A DNA stretch of 61,449 bases, counting the filler, from Chiloscyllium plagiosum (lineage: Eukaryota), in NCBI RefSeq assembly GCF_004010195.1. It is 4 parts of one record of this genome, joined end to end, with 100 filler letters (N's around TTAATTAATTAA, not from the genome) between each part and the next. Parts side by side here need not be neighbours in the genome. Positions count along the whole stretch, not along the records: positions 19,511 to 47,041 come from NC_057713.1; positions 47,142 to 53,650 come from NC_057713.1; 2 more parts are not named here. One strand, 5' to 3'. Under the pieces are notes generated by a model. That model saw nothing but the letters and a program-made list of their open reading frames with translations. It searched no databases and had not been told where the DNA came from. A program made the position numbers and the translations under genes. Below, one piece after another: positions 37,464-49,180 of this stretch (its first letter is position 1; each line of letters opens with the position of its first letter).

Positions 37464-37612
37464 TTTCCTCCTGGTGCTCTGGTTTCCTCCCACAGTCCAA
37501 AGATGTGCAGGTTAGGTGAATTGGTCATGCTAAATAGCCTATAGAGTTAGATGCATTAGTCGGGGGTCTGAGTGTTTCCACACTGTAGGGAATCTAATCT
37601 GAGATCTAATCT
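37464..37612 (+). mobile_element. HE1 SINE 3' fragment
   Basis: ggtttcctcccacagtccaaagatgtgcagg...ctgtagggaatctaatct. Confidence 0.8.
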
Positions 37613-37661
37613 GAGTAACATATCTCCTGATATATCTAAGCCTGTCTAGTATTTATCCACC

Positions 37662-38018
37662 GGGTGGCACAGTGACTCAGTGGTTAGCACTGCTGCCTCA
37701 CAGTGGCAGGGACTGTGCACAATTCCAGCTTCAGGCGACTGTCTATGTGGAGTTTGCACATTCTCCCCGTGTCTGCGTGGGTTTCCTCTGGACACTTCAG
37801 TTTTCTCCCACAGTCCAAAGATGTGCAGTATAGGTGCATTGACCATGCTGAATTGCACCATAATGTCCAGGGATGTGCAGCCTTGGTGAATTTGCCAGGG
37901 GAAATGCAGGGTTACAGGATTAGGGTAATGGGGGTGGGTCTGGATGGATTGCTCTTTTGAGTGTCAGTGTGACTCAATGGGCCAAATGGCTTGTTTCCAC
38001 ACTGTAGGGATTCTATGA
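37662..38018 (+). mobile_element. HE1-type V-SINE
   Basis: head, V-domain and tail. Confidence 0.9.
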
Positions 38019-41000
38019 TTGTGTGATTCTGCGATGTACAAAAGAGCTTGACACCATCCAGGACAAAGCAGTCTGCTGTATTGGCAACACATCCTCAAAC
38101 ATCAACTCCCTCCATTGCCAATGCTCACTATCTGTAGTGTGTATCATCTACAAAATACTCGGCAGAAATTCAACAAAGGTCGTTAGAAAAGGTACCTTCC
38201 ACACCCATGAATGCTGCAATCTTGAAGGACAAGAACATCAGCACCTACAGGTTACCTTCTAAGCTGCTCATATTCCACCATTCTTTCAGTGTCAGTAGGT
38301 CAAAGGTCAAAATTATGGAACATGAATAGTCAGGTTTGTTAAAAACACCATTAGCTTGAAATTACTCTGCAGCTTTACAGTGGTAGGTATTGGCATGCTC
38401 CAAATTGTACTGACATGTAAAACAGTACTGTAAAGGAATCAAGATGTGGCCTGATAGTACAATGAGGCTGATACCTGTCTGTTGCCAACTTCCATGGACA
38501 GGATGGGACAGGATGTGGTCACTGAAATGTTGGTAACTGCTGTCCAAGATGGAGGCTCACTAGTCTCACCATTCCAATCTAGGTTGGAGAATTGACTTCA
38601 TTTTTCACAATTTCAGGAATCTCATTTCTGCTGAACTCATTATATTTTCCCAACTGGCTTACCAATGTCCACATCGCTCAGGAACTGGGAAGATTCCACC
38701 CATAGTGTTTTATATAGTGACCACTGGCATCTCAAGTGTTTTACTGGTAATGAAGTATTTGGGCTATGGAGATAGGGCTGGAGAGTGGAACTAATTCTTT
38801 TGGGGAGTTGGTACAGACATGAGGGGTCAAATGGCCTTGTTCTGTACTGTAAAATTCTATAAATCCTTGATTCTGAAGCATGGATACTGTTGGAATCCAA
38901 GAAACATACAGCAATCTCCATCAACCTGTAATGTAATATTGACCAAATAATCTATTTTTCCTTTTGGTGTGAATATGGGATAAATGTTAGCCAAGGTGCC
39001 TCAGATAATGCGGCTGTTCTTTCCAGGATAGTAATGGATTTTTATATCAACCCAAGCAACCAGCTGAGCCTGAATCTGATGGCATGATAGAAAGAGAGCA
39101 TCTCCAATTGCATAGTGCTCCCACAGTATTGCATTGGAGTCTCTGCCTTAATTCAATAGTTCAAGTCAAGGAATGGTACTTGAACACAAATTCTTATGCT
39201 GAATTTGACAGTCTTGGAGAGGTTACTGCTTGCATTACCACTGGCCCATTATTAAAATCAGTTGAAAACTGAAGAACTTTAAGAGGTCTGCCTCACAGCA
39301 TTGTTATGGTGCTGGTAACCTAGACAAACAGACAGTAGGATTTCCATGCTTCAATGGGAGAGAAGCCTCAACTTGGACAGCTGCTGGCCTATGTCATTGA
39401 GCAACATCTCTAACAGTTCAAACCAACATGCACTGCTGGGATTGCAAGGAGACCCTGGAACAAAGAGGCAATGGGAACCGGAGAGAAGCCATGGACCAGA
39501 TATTTTGGATGAGGACGGAATCAGGAATCCTAGGGAGGGTTGTGGAAAGGGAAGGGGCGTGGGGGGTGGGAAATGAGGTTGGAAGTCAGGTGGGGAGGCA
39601 CAAAAAGGCAGATAGCATCTTGGAAAGTGGTGTCCCTAATGTGACCCCTTCCTTTGCACAGTTTCAACAAAGTTCTTTCAAAAAGCAGCCTGCCACACTC
39701 ACCTACCTGCCCATATTGATTGGAATATGGCAGGGGCAGAGTAATTTCAAACTAATGGTGTTTTTAACAAACCTGACTGGTATTCATGTTCTTTTTCAAA
39801 ACAGTGAGTGGGCTGCCAATTTTACATCTGGGGCAAGAACATGTGGTGCTAATTCCCCAACATATTTTATGTACCTCTCCCACTACCTACAGCCCTACAG
39901 GAAACACACCCAGAAGGATCCATAAATCCAGCCCCTTGAGATTTGGAGATAACAGTCTTACTAACTGAGTGACAACTCTGACACAAAAGTATTATTGCTG
40001 CAACAAGCCAATGGGCATGGAGAATTCTGCAGAACATCCAACTCATTTGAGAGCAGATTTGATTTTTTGAGGAAAGTTGGTTCACTTCAATTATGAACTC
40101 AAATTAAAACATTGGAGTATAACACATAGCACTGTAAAAGGGCTGGCTAATGTAGCTTGCTGCCCATCAGGGATGAGATGATGTGCAGATGAAAATTCTG
40201 GGCTGCTTGTGTCATGATGACATAAAAAGTAAAGTAGGATTAGGCTATTGAGTTGGACAATCAGCCATGATCATGATGAGCAGGCTCAAAGGAGCGTCCT
40301 CCTGCTCCTATATTTTATATTTCTATTAATCTTTGCAATCTCATAAACTAATTTAAACATTGTGGACTGTGGAATTGAGAGAAAAAAACAGTTAAAAATG
40401 AGCTAGGACATTTTAAAACAGCTACCAAAACCACCTGACCTGACAGTAGCCAAATCTACAAAGTAGTGTCCAAAGGTTGGGCCTGAGTACCACATCCAGA
40501 AAAGGCTAGTCAAGGGATTAATTATATTCAAATTCATCTTCTGGAATGTATAGCTTATAATGAGACATGCATCTGCCTTTGCATAGGGATAAGACTTCTT
40601 GACAACAGATACTACTGGAACAAAGGCTTCTATCTAATACCTATTCAGCAAACGTTGGATTGAACATACCCTACATTCCCATCAATGCAAAGGAGAACTC
40701 TGAAAGTGGACCATTGAAATGTTATCTCCAGCTGGATTGTACTTTTTATGGACCAACGGCTAGGTTTTCATGCATCAAAACCATTGTTTTTACCTATGCA
40801 TCAAAACCTGTCATGCTCAGGAAATCATTAACAAACATAATGTTCTGGACCTTGACACAATGGTTGTGTCATGACGAGAAGCTGCTGTCTCCATTTTCTC
40901 TCTTTCAAGAAGTTAACACTGGGTTCCCATAGAAACAGCAATGGAGAAAAATCATCAAGTAGCGAGACTTTTCGGTAATTGCAACATTTGCGTCAATCGA

Positions 41001-41246
41001 CTGCATCTTAGAGCTGATCAACGTTAGCCACAGGTTAACCTTGCACCTCAAAGACAACCAAAGTAGCTTGATCTGTATATCCTTACATATTCCTTTGTAT
41101 TGGTTACTATTCTCCTTTAACTTTGAACTTGGTGTAGGTATGTGCATGTGTTTCTAACGGGCCAGGTGACAGCACAAAGGCAGCATGCTTTGATGTCACC
41201 CTTTTTATGATTTGCCTCAGGTTTAACAGTTGACTCATGAAAACCT

Positions 41247-41345
41247 TGTTAATTGTCTCCTTGTTAGTCACAGCAAAAACAGTTAGCTATGCTTATGTCC
41301 AAAGATAACTTAAAGCTTTGTTGTGACTGACCGAGGAGTTTAACA
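41247..41345 (+). other. Long imperfect hairpin in apparently non-repetitive DNA
   Basis: 41257-41277 pairs with 41317-41338 (21 bp, 3 G-U, 1 bulge); inner agtta/taact and outer tgttaa/ttaaca stems. Confidence 0.6.
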
Positions 41346-42534
41346 GAGAGAAACCAGTTCATCCCATCTCATCTGGTCATAACAGTGGTGTGGATAATCA
41401 AGTCAGGTGAACCGGGATAAAGAAACCTTCTCTGGTGTCTAGAAAAATCACTGATCCCTCTCAATTACACAAAGGAATTTGTCATCTATCCTGTCAGTCT
41501 GAAACTTTACATGCTGCATGTTAGCACTGCCCTCTATAACTTTATAACAATGCTATAACTTATTCCTTCTGACAGAGTTGACCTGAAATAAAGAGGGAGC
41601 TTTTTTATTGTCTGCTTTGTCTTCTGAGGAATCTAAATTGAATAAATTACTGTCGTTTTATTTCCTTTCAAATTGTCTAGTGCATTGACTCTCCACGGTC
41701 TCCAGATTCTACAGCTGTCTCTGTCCCTGTCCAACTGCAACCTGTCTCTTCACCAATGATCTGCCCCATCCTGGATTTATTTCTTGCTACCCTCCTACCC
41801 ATTCACCAAGTTCAAATTATTTTTAATATTTCTTACCTTGATGTTCTTTTCAGTTCTCTTAGCACCTAAACTAATTAGCAGCAATCTCTCCTCTCTGTCT
41901 CTTTTCGATCTAAAAGTGTTCCTAGTTATTTATAAAGCTAGCGCAGTTGCTTTCACATCACATTACCAATTACTTGTTAACAACTTCAACTACCAGTCAG
42001 GCACTTATTTCTATTTCCAAAACCAGATGCTTTGCAAAGTTTTGGATTTTTAGTTTCCTATATTATTGTATACCACTTTAAATCTCCAACCCATTTGCAT
42101 TTCTTCTCTCCTTTCCTCAACATGAAATGCTCTGGCTCCAAGTTGACAGCTCATTATCTCTTAAGTACTGTTTTTACCACACGTATAATATTGATTTATC
42201 TTAACAAAGAATTCTCTATCAATATAAGATCATTATGATGAGTAAACTACTTTTTTAAGCCCTCAATTCTTCTAAACTCTTGGAATTGATTTCCTGCTTT
42301 GAAGTTTGAAATATTAAAAATAATTTGAACTTGGTGAAATTCAGATACCTTCAGCTGGCACTCATTTTGCTGTTGATGATATGCCTTCAGTTTTTTTTCC
42401 ATCATGATTTTTGCAAATGTTTTACCCAGCCAAACTGAGCTGTTCATCCCAGCTTAGAATGCTTGCACCAAGCTGAAATATATTTAAGACAATAGCTCTT
42501 TTTCACCTAATGCACTTTTCAACAAGAATACAGT

Positions 42535-42895
42535 TATAGAATCATACTGCAAAGGAAATAGATCCTTCAATCCAGCAGTCTATGCCAACCATGTTGCCAA
42601 ACAAAACTAATCCCACCTGCCTGCACTTGGCCCATATCCCTTCAAACTTTTCCTATTCATGAACTTACCCACATTTTTAAAATCATTGTAACTGTACCCA
42701 CATCTACCACTTTCCCTGGAAGTTCATTCCACATGCAAAATACCCTCTGTGTAAAACAGTTCCCCTCATGTCCTTTTTAAACCTTTCTCCTCTTACTTTA
42801 TAAATTTCCCCCTTAGTTTTGAATTACCCCACCTTGGGGAAAAGAGCCTTGTTGTTCCCCTTATCTATGACCCTCATGATTTTATGAACCTCAAT
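42535..42895 (-). mobile_element. CR1 3' end
   Basis: similar to 7803-8110. Confidence 0.8.
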
Positions 42896-43169
42896 ACCTC
42901 ATTAGAAAGTACTTTTCAAAGTCAGAATCTATATTTATCATCAATGTCTCACTGAACTTGAAGAATGCTGCTCACCTTCACAAAGTCTATGATCTTGTCC
43001 TTGCATAAAATGCACATTGATTGAACGCAGTAAATGTCACATAGACCTCCCATCTAACCCAGTAGCCACATCTCTTGGGCATGAAAACTGGCTCTCCGTT
43101 TTATTAGTGACAAGCATGATTTAGTGAAAAGGTGAAACTGAATGATTGATTTTGAGCATTATGAGTTTT

Positions 43170-43590
43170 GAAACCTGTTTGAACCTTATGTACAGCCTGT
43201 TTCATGACAGCCAAATATCTTGAAGCATTTTATAGTCAATGAAGTGATGTTAAAATCTAGTCATAATGTAATGCACAATTGCAGAAGCCAAGTTGGACAC
43301 TCCCACAAACAGTAGCGTGATGATCACAAAATCATCTGTTTTTGAGCTGTTGATTGAGAGATAAACATTGTCTCGAACATCCAGGGTAATTACACTTTTT
43401 TTTAACAAGATAGGACTGTTGAAACTTTTAATTATATCTAAAGTCTTCAATTTAAGGTCTCTTAATTCTGAAAGGTAGCATTTACTCAATATTGCACTAC
43501 TGAGTGTCTTTCTGTGCTCAAATCCTGAGCTAAGATTGGAATCCAGAACCTCACTATTCAAATGAGAGTGCCACCAAATGAACCATGTGG
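43170..43590 (-). mobile_element. Deu-domain SINE remnant
   Basis: ctcccacaaacagtagcgtgatgatcacaaaatcatctgtttt...gttgattgagagataaacattg; tRNA-like head near 43540-43590. Confidence 0.6.
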
Positions 43591-44049
43591 CCTGGTTCAT
43601 GATATGAACTGATTAACTACATAATATTAGCAATGTTATCTTGGATATACATTATGCCTCATTTTTCAATTCATGCTCCTATTATTTTGTTTGTGCATAC
43701 TTTATGAATGAAAGCATTTCCACAAACGTAACTTTGTGGAAATTTTTTTAAAATCAGATTCTCTTTTTAATTTTCTCTTATTACACATGCTTTTATCATG
43801 ATCATGACTCCTGCTGAGTTGCAGCTTTACAGATACCCCGAGGTAATTTGACAACATGTCTTTTTTCCATTTATAAATCAAGATACGTGCTTTACGTTTA
43901 ACAGCCATCATATTGAGAATGTGATTTTACAAGCTTTTGTTAACAGCAGAAGGCCTGTGGTTTTGCTCATGATGAGAGGGTTTACCACGAAGCAAAGTGC
44001 TGAAAGGGCATTTAAAACTGCAGATGAGTAAATAATAAACTGAAATAAT

Positions 44050-44650
44050 GCATTGCAGATGCCAAAGGTGTGAAATACAAACCGAAATTGCTGGAGAAAC
44101 TCAGCAGGTCTGGCAGCACCAGTGGAGAGAAAGCAGAGTTAATGTTCTGGGTCCATTGACCCTTCTTTAGAACTGATGGTAGTGAGGGCAAAGTGATATT
44201 TATGCTGATAACATGCAGTGGAGGGGAAGAAGAGTGAGCAGATATTTGGAGACGTAGCCAAGAGAAGTGAGAAATAAAGTTAGGCAGACAAAGGGATAGT
44301 TAATAGTAAGCCAGGGAAGAAGAAACGATGATAAAGGGGACTATGTGTAGATGAAAATGGATTGGCTGAGCTGAAAACAATCCATAACATGGCAGGCTTG
44401 GAGTGTGGGTGTGGGTGAAAGAGCTATGGAAGGAGGAGCGTTCAAGTTTTAAAATTATTGACCTCGATATTAAGTCCTGAAGGCTGTAAAGTTTCTAAGC
44501 AGAAAATGGAATGCTCTTCTTCCAGTTTGCACTGAGCTTCACCGGAGCATTGCAGCAAGCCTGGGCACAGAGATGTTGGCCAGGGAACAGGGTTCTGTGT
44601 CAAAGTGGCAGGCACCTGGAAGCTCAGGGTCTTTTTTACAGACAGGAGAA
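44050..44650 (-). mobile_element. PLE family 2: GIY-YIG endonuclease C-terminus plus terminal segment
   Basis: minus-strand translation ACHFDTEPCSLANIS..LLQCSGEAQCKLEEEHSIFCLETLQPSGLNIEVNNF; degenerate hammerhead at ~44138-44173. Confidence 0.8.
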
Positions 44651-44704
44651 AATGTTTGATGGGTCAATTTGTACAGAAGAATACATTGGTACCAGAGGAA
44701 GTTA

Positions 44705-45860
44705 GCCGAAATGATAAAAACTGATAGATAGTTTAAAAAGATAAAAATTCACAAAGTAAGTGTTGGTCCTATAAAAAATGAATCTGGGTAATTACAATAG
44801 TCGTGGAAATAAAGAGATGGCAGACAAATTGAACAAATATTTTGCAACAGTCTTCACTAGGGAGGGTAAAAGTTTCATCCCAGAAATAGATGTAAATCAA
44901 GAATTGAAAGGGAGGGGAAATCTCAAAAAAATGCAATTACCGAAGAAGTAGTACTGAATAAGTTGTTGGAACTGTGAGTTGACAAGTCCTCGGAGCCTGA
45001 TAGATTGCATCCTAGTGTCTTAAAAGTAGCAGCTAGTAGGCGAGCTGAAGCATTAGTTTTAATCTTCAAAACTCATTTGATTTGGGGAAGGTTTAGATTG
45101 TAAATCAGCTAATGTAACTCTATTCAAAAAGGGAGGCAGGCAGAAAGCAAGAAACTACGGATAGCTTAACATCTATCATAGGGAAAATGCTGGATACTAT
45201 TGTTAAAGATGCTATGACAGACCACTTAGATAAGTTCAAGAAAATCAGGCGCAACAAACATGATTTTATCAAGAGGCAATACAGTACTGGTCACCCTACT
45301 TACAGAAACAAAAGGTTTGGCACTGGAAAAGCACAGCAGGTCGGGCAGCATCTGAAGAGCAGGAGAGTCAATGTTTCGGGTATAAGTCCTTCATCAGGAA
45401 GCATGCTAATATGTTGGAACCAGTTTCAGGAAGGTTTTCTACACCAATACCTGAAGTGAGTGGAAATCTTCATGAGGAAAGGCAAGATAGGCTAGGCCTG
45501 AGGCAGAGGTGAACTTAATTCAAACATGTAAGATCCTGGGGAGATTTGAAAGGGTGGATATATGAAGGATGCTTCCTGTTGTGGGGTAATCTAGAACCAG
45601 GGGTCAAAAATATATGGTTTAAAAATAAGGGAATTCCCATTTAAGGCAGAGATGAGGAAACTCGTTTTTCTCTCAGTGGGTTGTGAGTCTTTGGAATTCC
45701 TTTCCTTAAAATGGAGCAGATGCATAATTGTTAAATATTTTCATTGAAAAAAAATCAAAAGTATTGATTACTAAGGGGATGAAAGATCATTGGGGAAATG
45801 TAGGAATGTAGCATTAAGGTTAATATCAGATCAGCCATGATCTGATTGAATGGCAGAGCA
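44705..45860 (+). mobile_element. Degenerate CR1 ORF2 pieces with a PLE terminal fragment (45320-45400, -)
   Basis: EMADKLNKYFATVFT, DKSSEPDRLHP; minus ttcctgatgaaggacttatacccgaaaca. Confidence 0.7.
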
Positions 45861-45864
45861 GATC

Positions 45865-46122
45865 TTCATCCCTACCCCCATTCACCCATTGTATTCTTTG
45901 CTACTTTCCCCGACCTTTCTCTCTGACTTATCACCTCCATCCCCACCCCCACTCAGCTTTTGTACTCTATGCTACTTTCTCCCCGCCCCCACCCCTCTCA
46001 TTTATCTCTCCACTCTGCTGGCACCTGCCTCTATTCCTGATGAAGGGCTTTTGCTCAAAACGTCAATTTTCCTGCTCCTTGGATGCTGCCTGACCTGCTG
46101 TGCTTTTCCAGCACCACTCTAA
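45865..46122 (+). mobile_element. PLE family 1 terminal segment with hammerhead motif (46033-46068)
   Basis: attcctgatgaagggcttttgctcaaaacgtcaatt plus the shared tail. Confidence 0.8.
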
Positions 46123-47041
46123 TGCAGGGGCATGGGAACCCAGACTGTAGCTTTAGGGTGCAGGACCTGGAGTGTAGGGAGGTTAGGAGCATGGCATCAA
46201 TTTCAAAGGATGGTGCCTGTAAACAGGAAAGTGGTTTGAAGTGTGTATACTTCAATGCAAGAAGTATATGAAATAAGGTAGGTGAACTTGCAGCGTGGGT
46301 TGGTACCTGGGACTTCGATGTTGTGGCTATTACGGAGACATGGGTAGAACAGGGACAGGATTGGCTGTTGCAGGTTCCAGGGTTTAAATGTTTTAGTAGG
46401 GTCAGAGGTGGGGGTAAAAGAGGGGGAGGTATGGCATTGCTTGTCAAAGATAGTATTACAGCGGTGGAAAGGACGATGGATGAGGACTTGCCATCTGAGG
46501 TAGTTTGGGCTGAGGTTAGGAATAGGAAAGGTGAACTCACCCTGTTAGGAGTTTTTTACAGGCCCCCTAATAGTCCTAGAAACGTAGAAGAAACGATTGC
46601 GAGGATGATTCAAGAGAAGAGGGAAAGTAATAGGGTGGTTGTTATGGGGGACTTTAACTTACCTGATATTGATTGGGAAAGCTATAGCTCAAGTTCGTTA
46701 GATGGGTCAGTGTTTGTTAAATGTGTGCAGGAGAGTTTCCTGACACAATATGTAGACAGGCCAACAAGAGGTGAGGACAGACTGGATTTGGTTCTGGGTA
46801 ACGAACCAGGCCAGGTGTTAGAATTAGAGGTAGGTGAGCACTTTGGGGATAGTGACCATAATTCGGTGATTTTTACACTCGTGATGGAGAGGGATAAGTG
46901 TGTACTACAGGGCAAGAGTTATAGCTGGGGTCAGGGAAATTATGATGCGGTGAGGCATGACTTAGGATGTGTGGCTTGGAAAAGTAGACTCCAAGGCAAG
47001 AGTATAAATGATATGTGGAACTTGTTCAAGGGGCAACTACT
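46123..47041 (+). mobile_element. CR1 ORF2 APE endonuclease, one in-frame stop, cut by a gap
   Basis: YFNARSI*NK, AITETW, FYRPPNS, VMGDFN, LDLVLGN, SDHN. Confidence 0.92.
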
Positions 47042-47141
47042 NNNNNNNNNNNNNNNNNNNNNNNNNNNNNNNNNNNNNNNNNNNNTTAATTAATTAANNN
47101 NNNNNNNNNNNNNNNNNNNNNNNNNNNNNNNNNNNNNNNNN
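47042..47141. other. Assembly gap with artificial linker
   Basis: N44-TTAATTAATTAA-N44. Confidence 0.95.
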
Positions 47142-48320
47142 TCCACACTGAGCCACTAGCCCCCACTCCACACTGGGCCAATACACCCACTCCATACAGG
47201 GCCACTACACCCCATTCCCCACTGGGCCTGGGCCACAGCCCCCTCACTCCACACTGGGCCACTACATCCTTCTCCACACTGGGCCACTACACCCCACTCC
47301 ACACTGGGCCACTACCCCCACTCCACACTGGGCCTCTAGCCCCCACTCCACACTGGGCCACTACACCCCACTCCACACTGGGCCACTAGCCCCCACTCCG
47401 CACCAGGCCAATGCCACCATGCTCCACACTGGGCCACAACCGCCCCCCTTCCACACGGGGCCACTATCCCCCACTCCATACTGGGCCACTACCCCCCACT
47501 CCGTACCGGGCCACTGCCACCACGCTCCGCACTCGGCCACTACCCCCCACTCCACACCGGGCCACTATGCCCCACTCCACACCAGGTCACTACTCCGCAC
47601 TCCACACCGGGTCACGACCCCCCCACTCCACACCGGGCCACTGCCACCACGCTTCACACCGGTCACTGCCAACACGCTCCACACTGGGCCACTACCCCCC
47701 ACTCCACACCGGGCAACTACCCCCCACTCCACACCAGGCCACTGCCACCATGCTCCACACTGGGCCACAACCGCCCCCCTTCCACACGGGGCCACTATCC
47801 CCCACTCCATACTGGGCCACTACCCCCCACTCCGTACCGGGCCACTGCCACCACGCTCCGCACTCGGCCACTACCCCCCACTCCACACCGGGCCACTATG
47901 CCCCACTCCACACCAGGTCACTACTCCGCACTCCACACCGGGTCACGACCCCCCCACTCCACACCGGGCCACTGCCACCACGCTTCACACCGGTCACTGC
48001 CAACACGCTCCACACTGGGCCACTACCCCCCACTCCACACCGGGCAACTACCCCCCACTCCACACCAGGCCACTGCCACCATGGTCCACACTGGGCCACT
48101 ATCCCCATTCCACACCGGGCCACTACCACCCACTCCACACAGGGCTGTTGCCACCACGCTCTGCATTGGGCCATTGCCCCCCACTCCACACTGGGCCATT
48201 ACCCCCCACTCCACACCGGGCCATTACACCCACTCCACACCAGGCCACTAACCATGCTCTGCACCAGGCCGCCACCCCCCTGCTCCACACCAGCTGCAGC
48301 CTCCAGTCCACACAGGGCCA
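47142..48320. repeat. C-rich ~25-bp minisatellite with a 331-bp higher-order duplication
   Basis: unit ccacac(t/c)gggccactaccccccact; 47412-47742 repeated at 47743-48073. Confidence 0.95.
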
Positions 48321-48619
48321 CTGGCGCTGGTGTCCCCACTCTAGACCGATAGATGACCTCGCTTTGGAGGCTGGGCCAGGTCCAAGGCCAAGTATCCGAG
48401 AAGGCAGAAGAGGAGAAGAAAACCACAGAAAAGTGAAAAAGAGGGAGGAAAAACAAAGAGAAAAAAACAAGGGTAGGCGGAGCAAATGTTGAGCGGCTGG
48501 AATGTCCTACTCTACTGCCATCTTGGTTGGTTTACTGCTGAACTATACATTTATGTTTTTGTTACCTCTAGACTTGATTATTAAAGAAGTATCCCTCGGC
48601 TTCCATCTATATTCTAAGT

Positions 48620-48706
48620 TAAAAATCACACAATACCAGGTTATAGTCCAACATGTTTATTTGGAATCACTAGCTTTCGAAGCGTTGCTGCTTCATCAGG
48701 TGGTTG
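48620..48706 (-). mobile_element. PLE family 3 short copy with hammerhead motif (48668-48702)
   Basis: CAC-CUGAUGA-A-GCAGC-AAC-GCUUC-GAAA-GC-UA-GUG followed by aataaa. Confidence 0.75.
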
Positions 48707-48709
48707 ATC

Positions 48710-49180
48710 ATCCAAAGCTCCACAATCTCTTTATTCGGTTTATCCCAAGCATCCATCACCCCACCCCGGCCTCTTACCTGTGGACCTACACTGACTCCTG
48801 GTTAAGTAATGCCTCAATTTTAAAGTTCTCACTTTGGTGTTTGAATCTTTGTAGCCTCAACACTGCCTCCCCTAACTACCCTCTGTAATTCACTCAAAGC
48901 ACAGGCCATCCTCCACCCTTACTCTCACGGATTTTAATCAGTCCATGGTGATAGCTTTGCTTTTCAACTATCAGGGGCCTATGCTATGGAATTCCTTTCC
49001 TAAACGCCAATTTGTCTTCTTGCCTTTAAGATGCTCTTTAAAGCTACTTTGACCAAGTTTTTTTTTAAGTGATCTGCCCCAAAATCTCCTTATCTGATTC
49101 AGTGTCAAATTTTGCTTTAGAAAATTCCTTTTAAGTGATTTGGCATGTTATGATATTAAAAACATTAAATTTCTTATTGT
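48710..49180 (+). mobile_element. L2 LINE 3' fragment
   Basis: ggttaagtaatgcctcaattttaaagttctc and ctatggaattcctttcctaaa...tttgaccaag; similar to 8490-8780. Confidence 0.6.

Larger units (their letters stand above)
35150..38330 (+). mobile_element. Ancient CR1/L2-supergroup LINE, near-complete degenerate ORF2 (APE and RT), interrupted by HE1 copies
   Basis: GELSHRPVKQQPDTVILIELYL; MWHQG; ISAGVSQDRVLSP; LDTIQDKAVCCIG. Confidence 0.8.

Noticed and set aside
41237..41300. SECIS element near the hairpin
   Set aside because: ATGA is present, but I found no correctly spaced helix and GA partner, and no selenoprotein CDS.
47411..48492. 313-aa and 357-aa His/Pro/Thr-rich ORFs
   Set aside because: They are translations of a stop-poor minisatellite that is open in several frames and on both strands, with no splice or promoter support.
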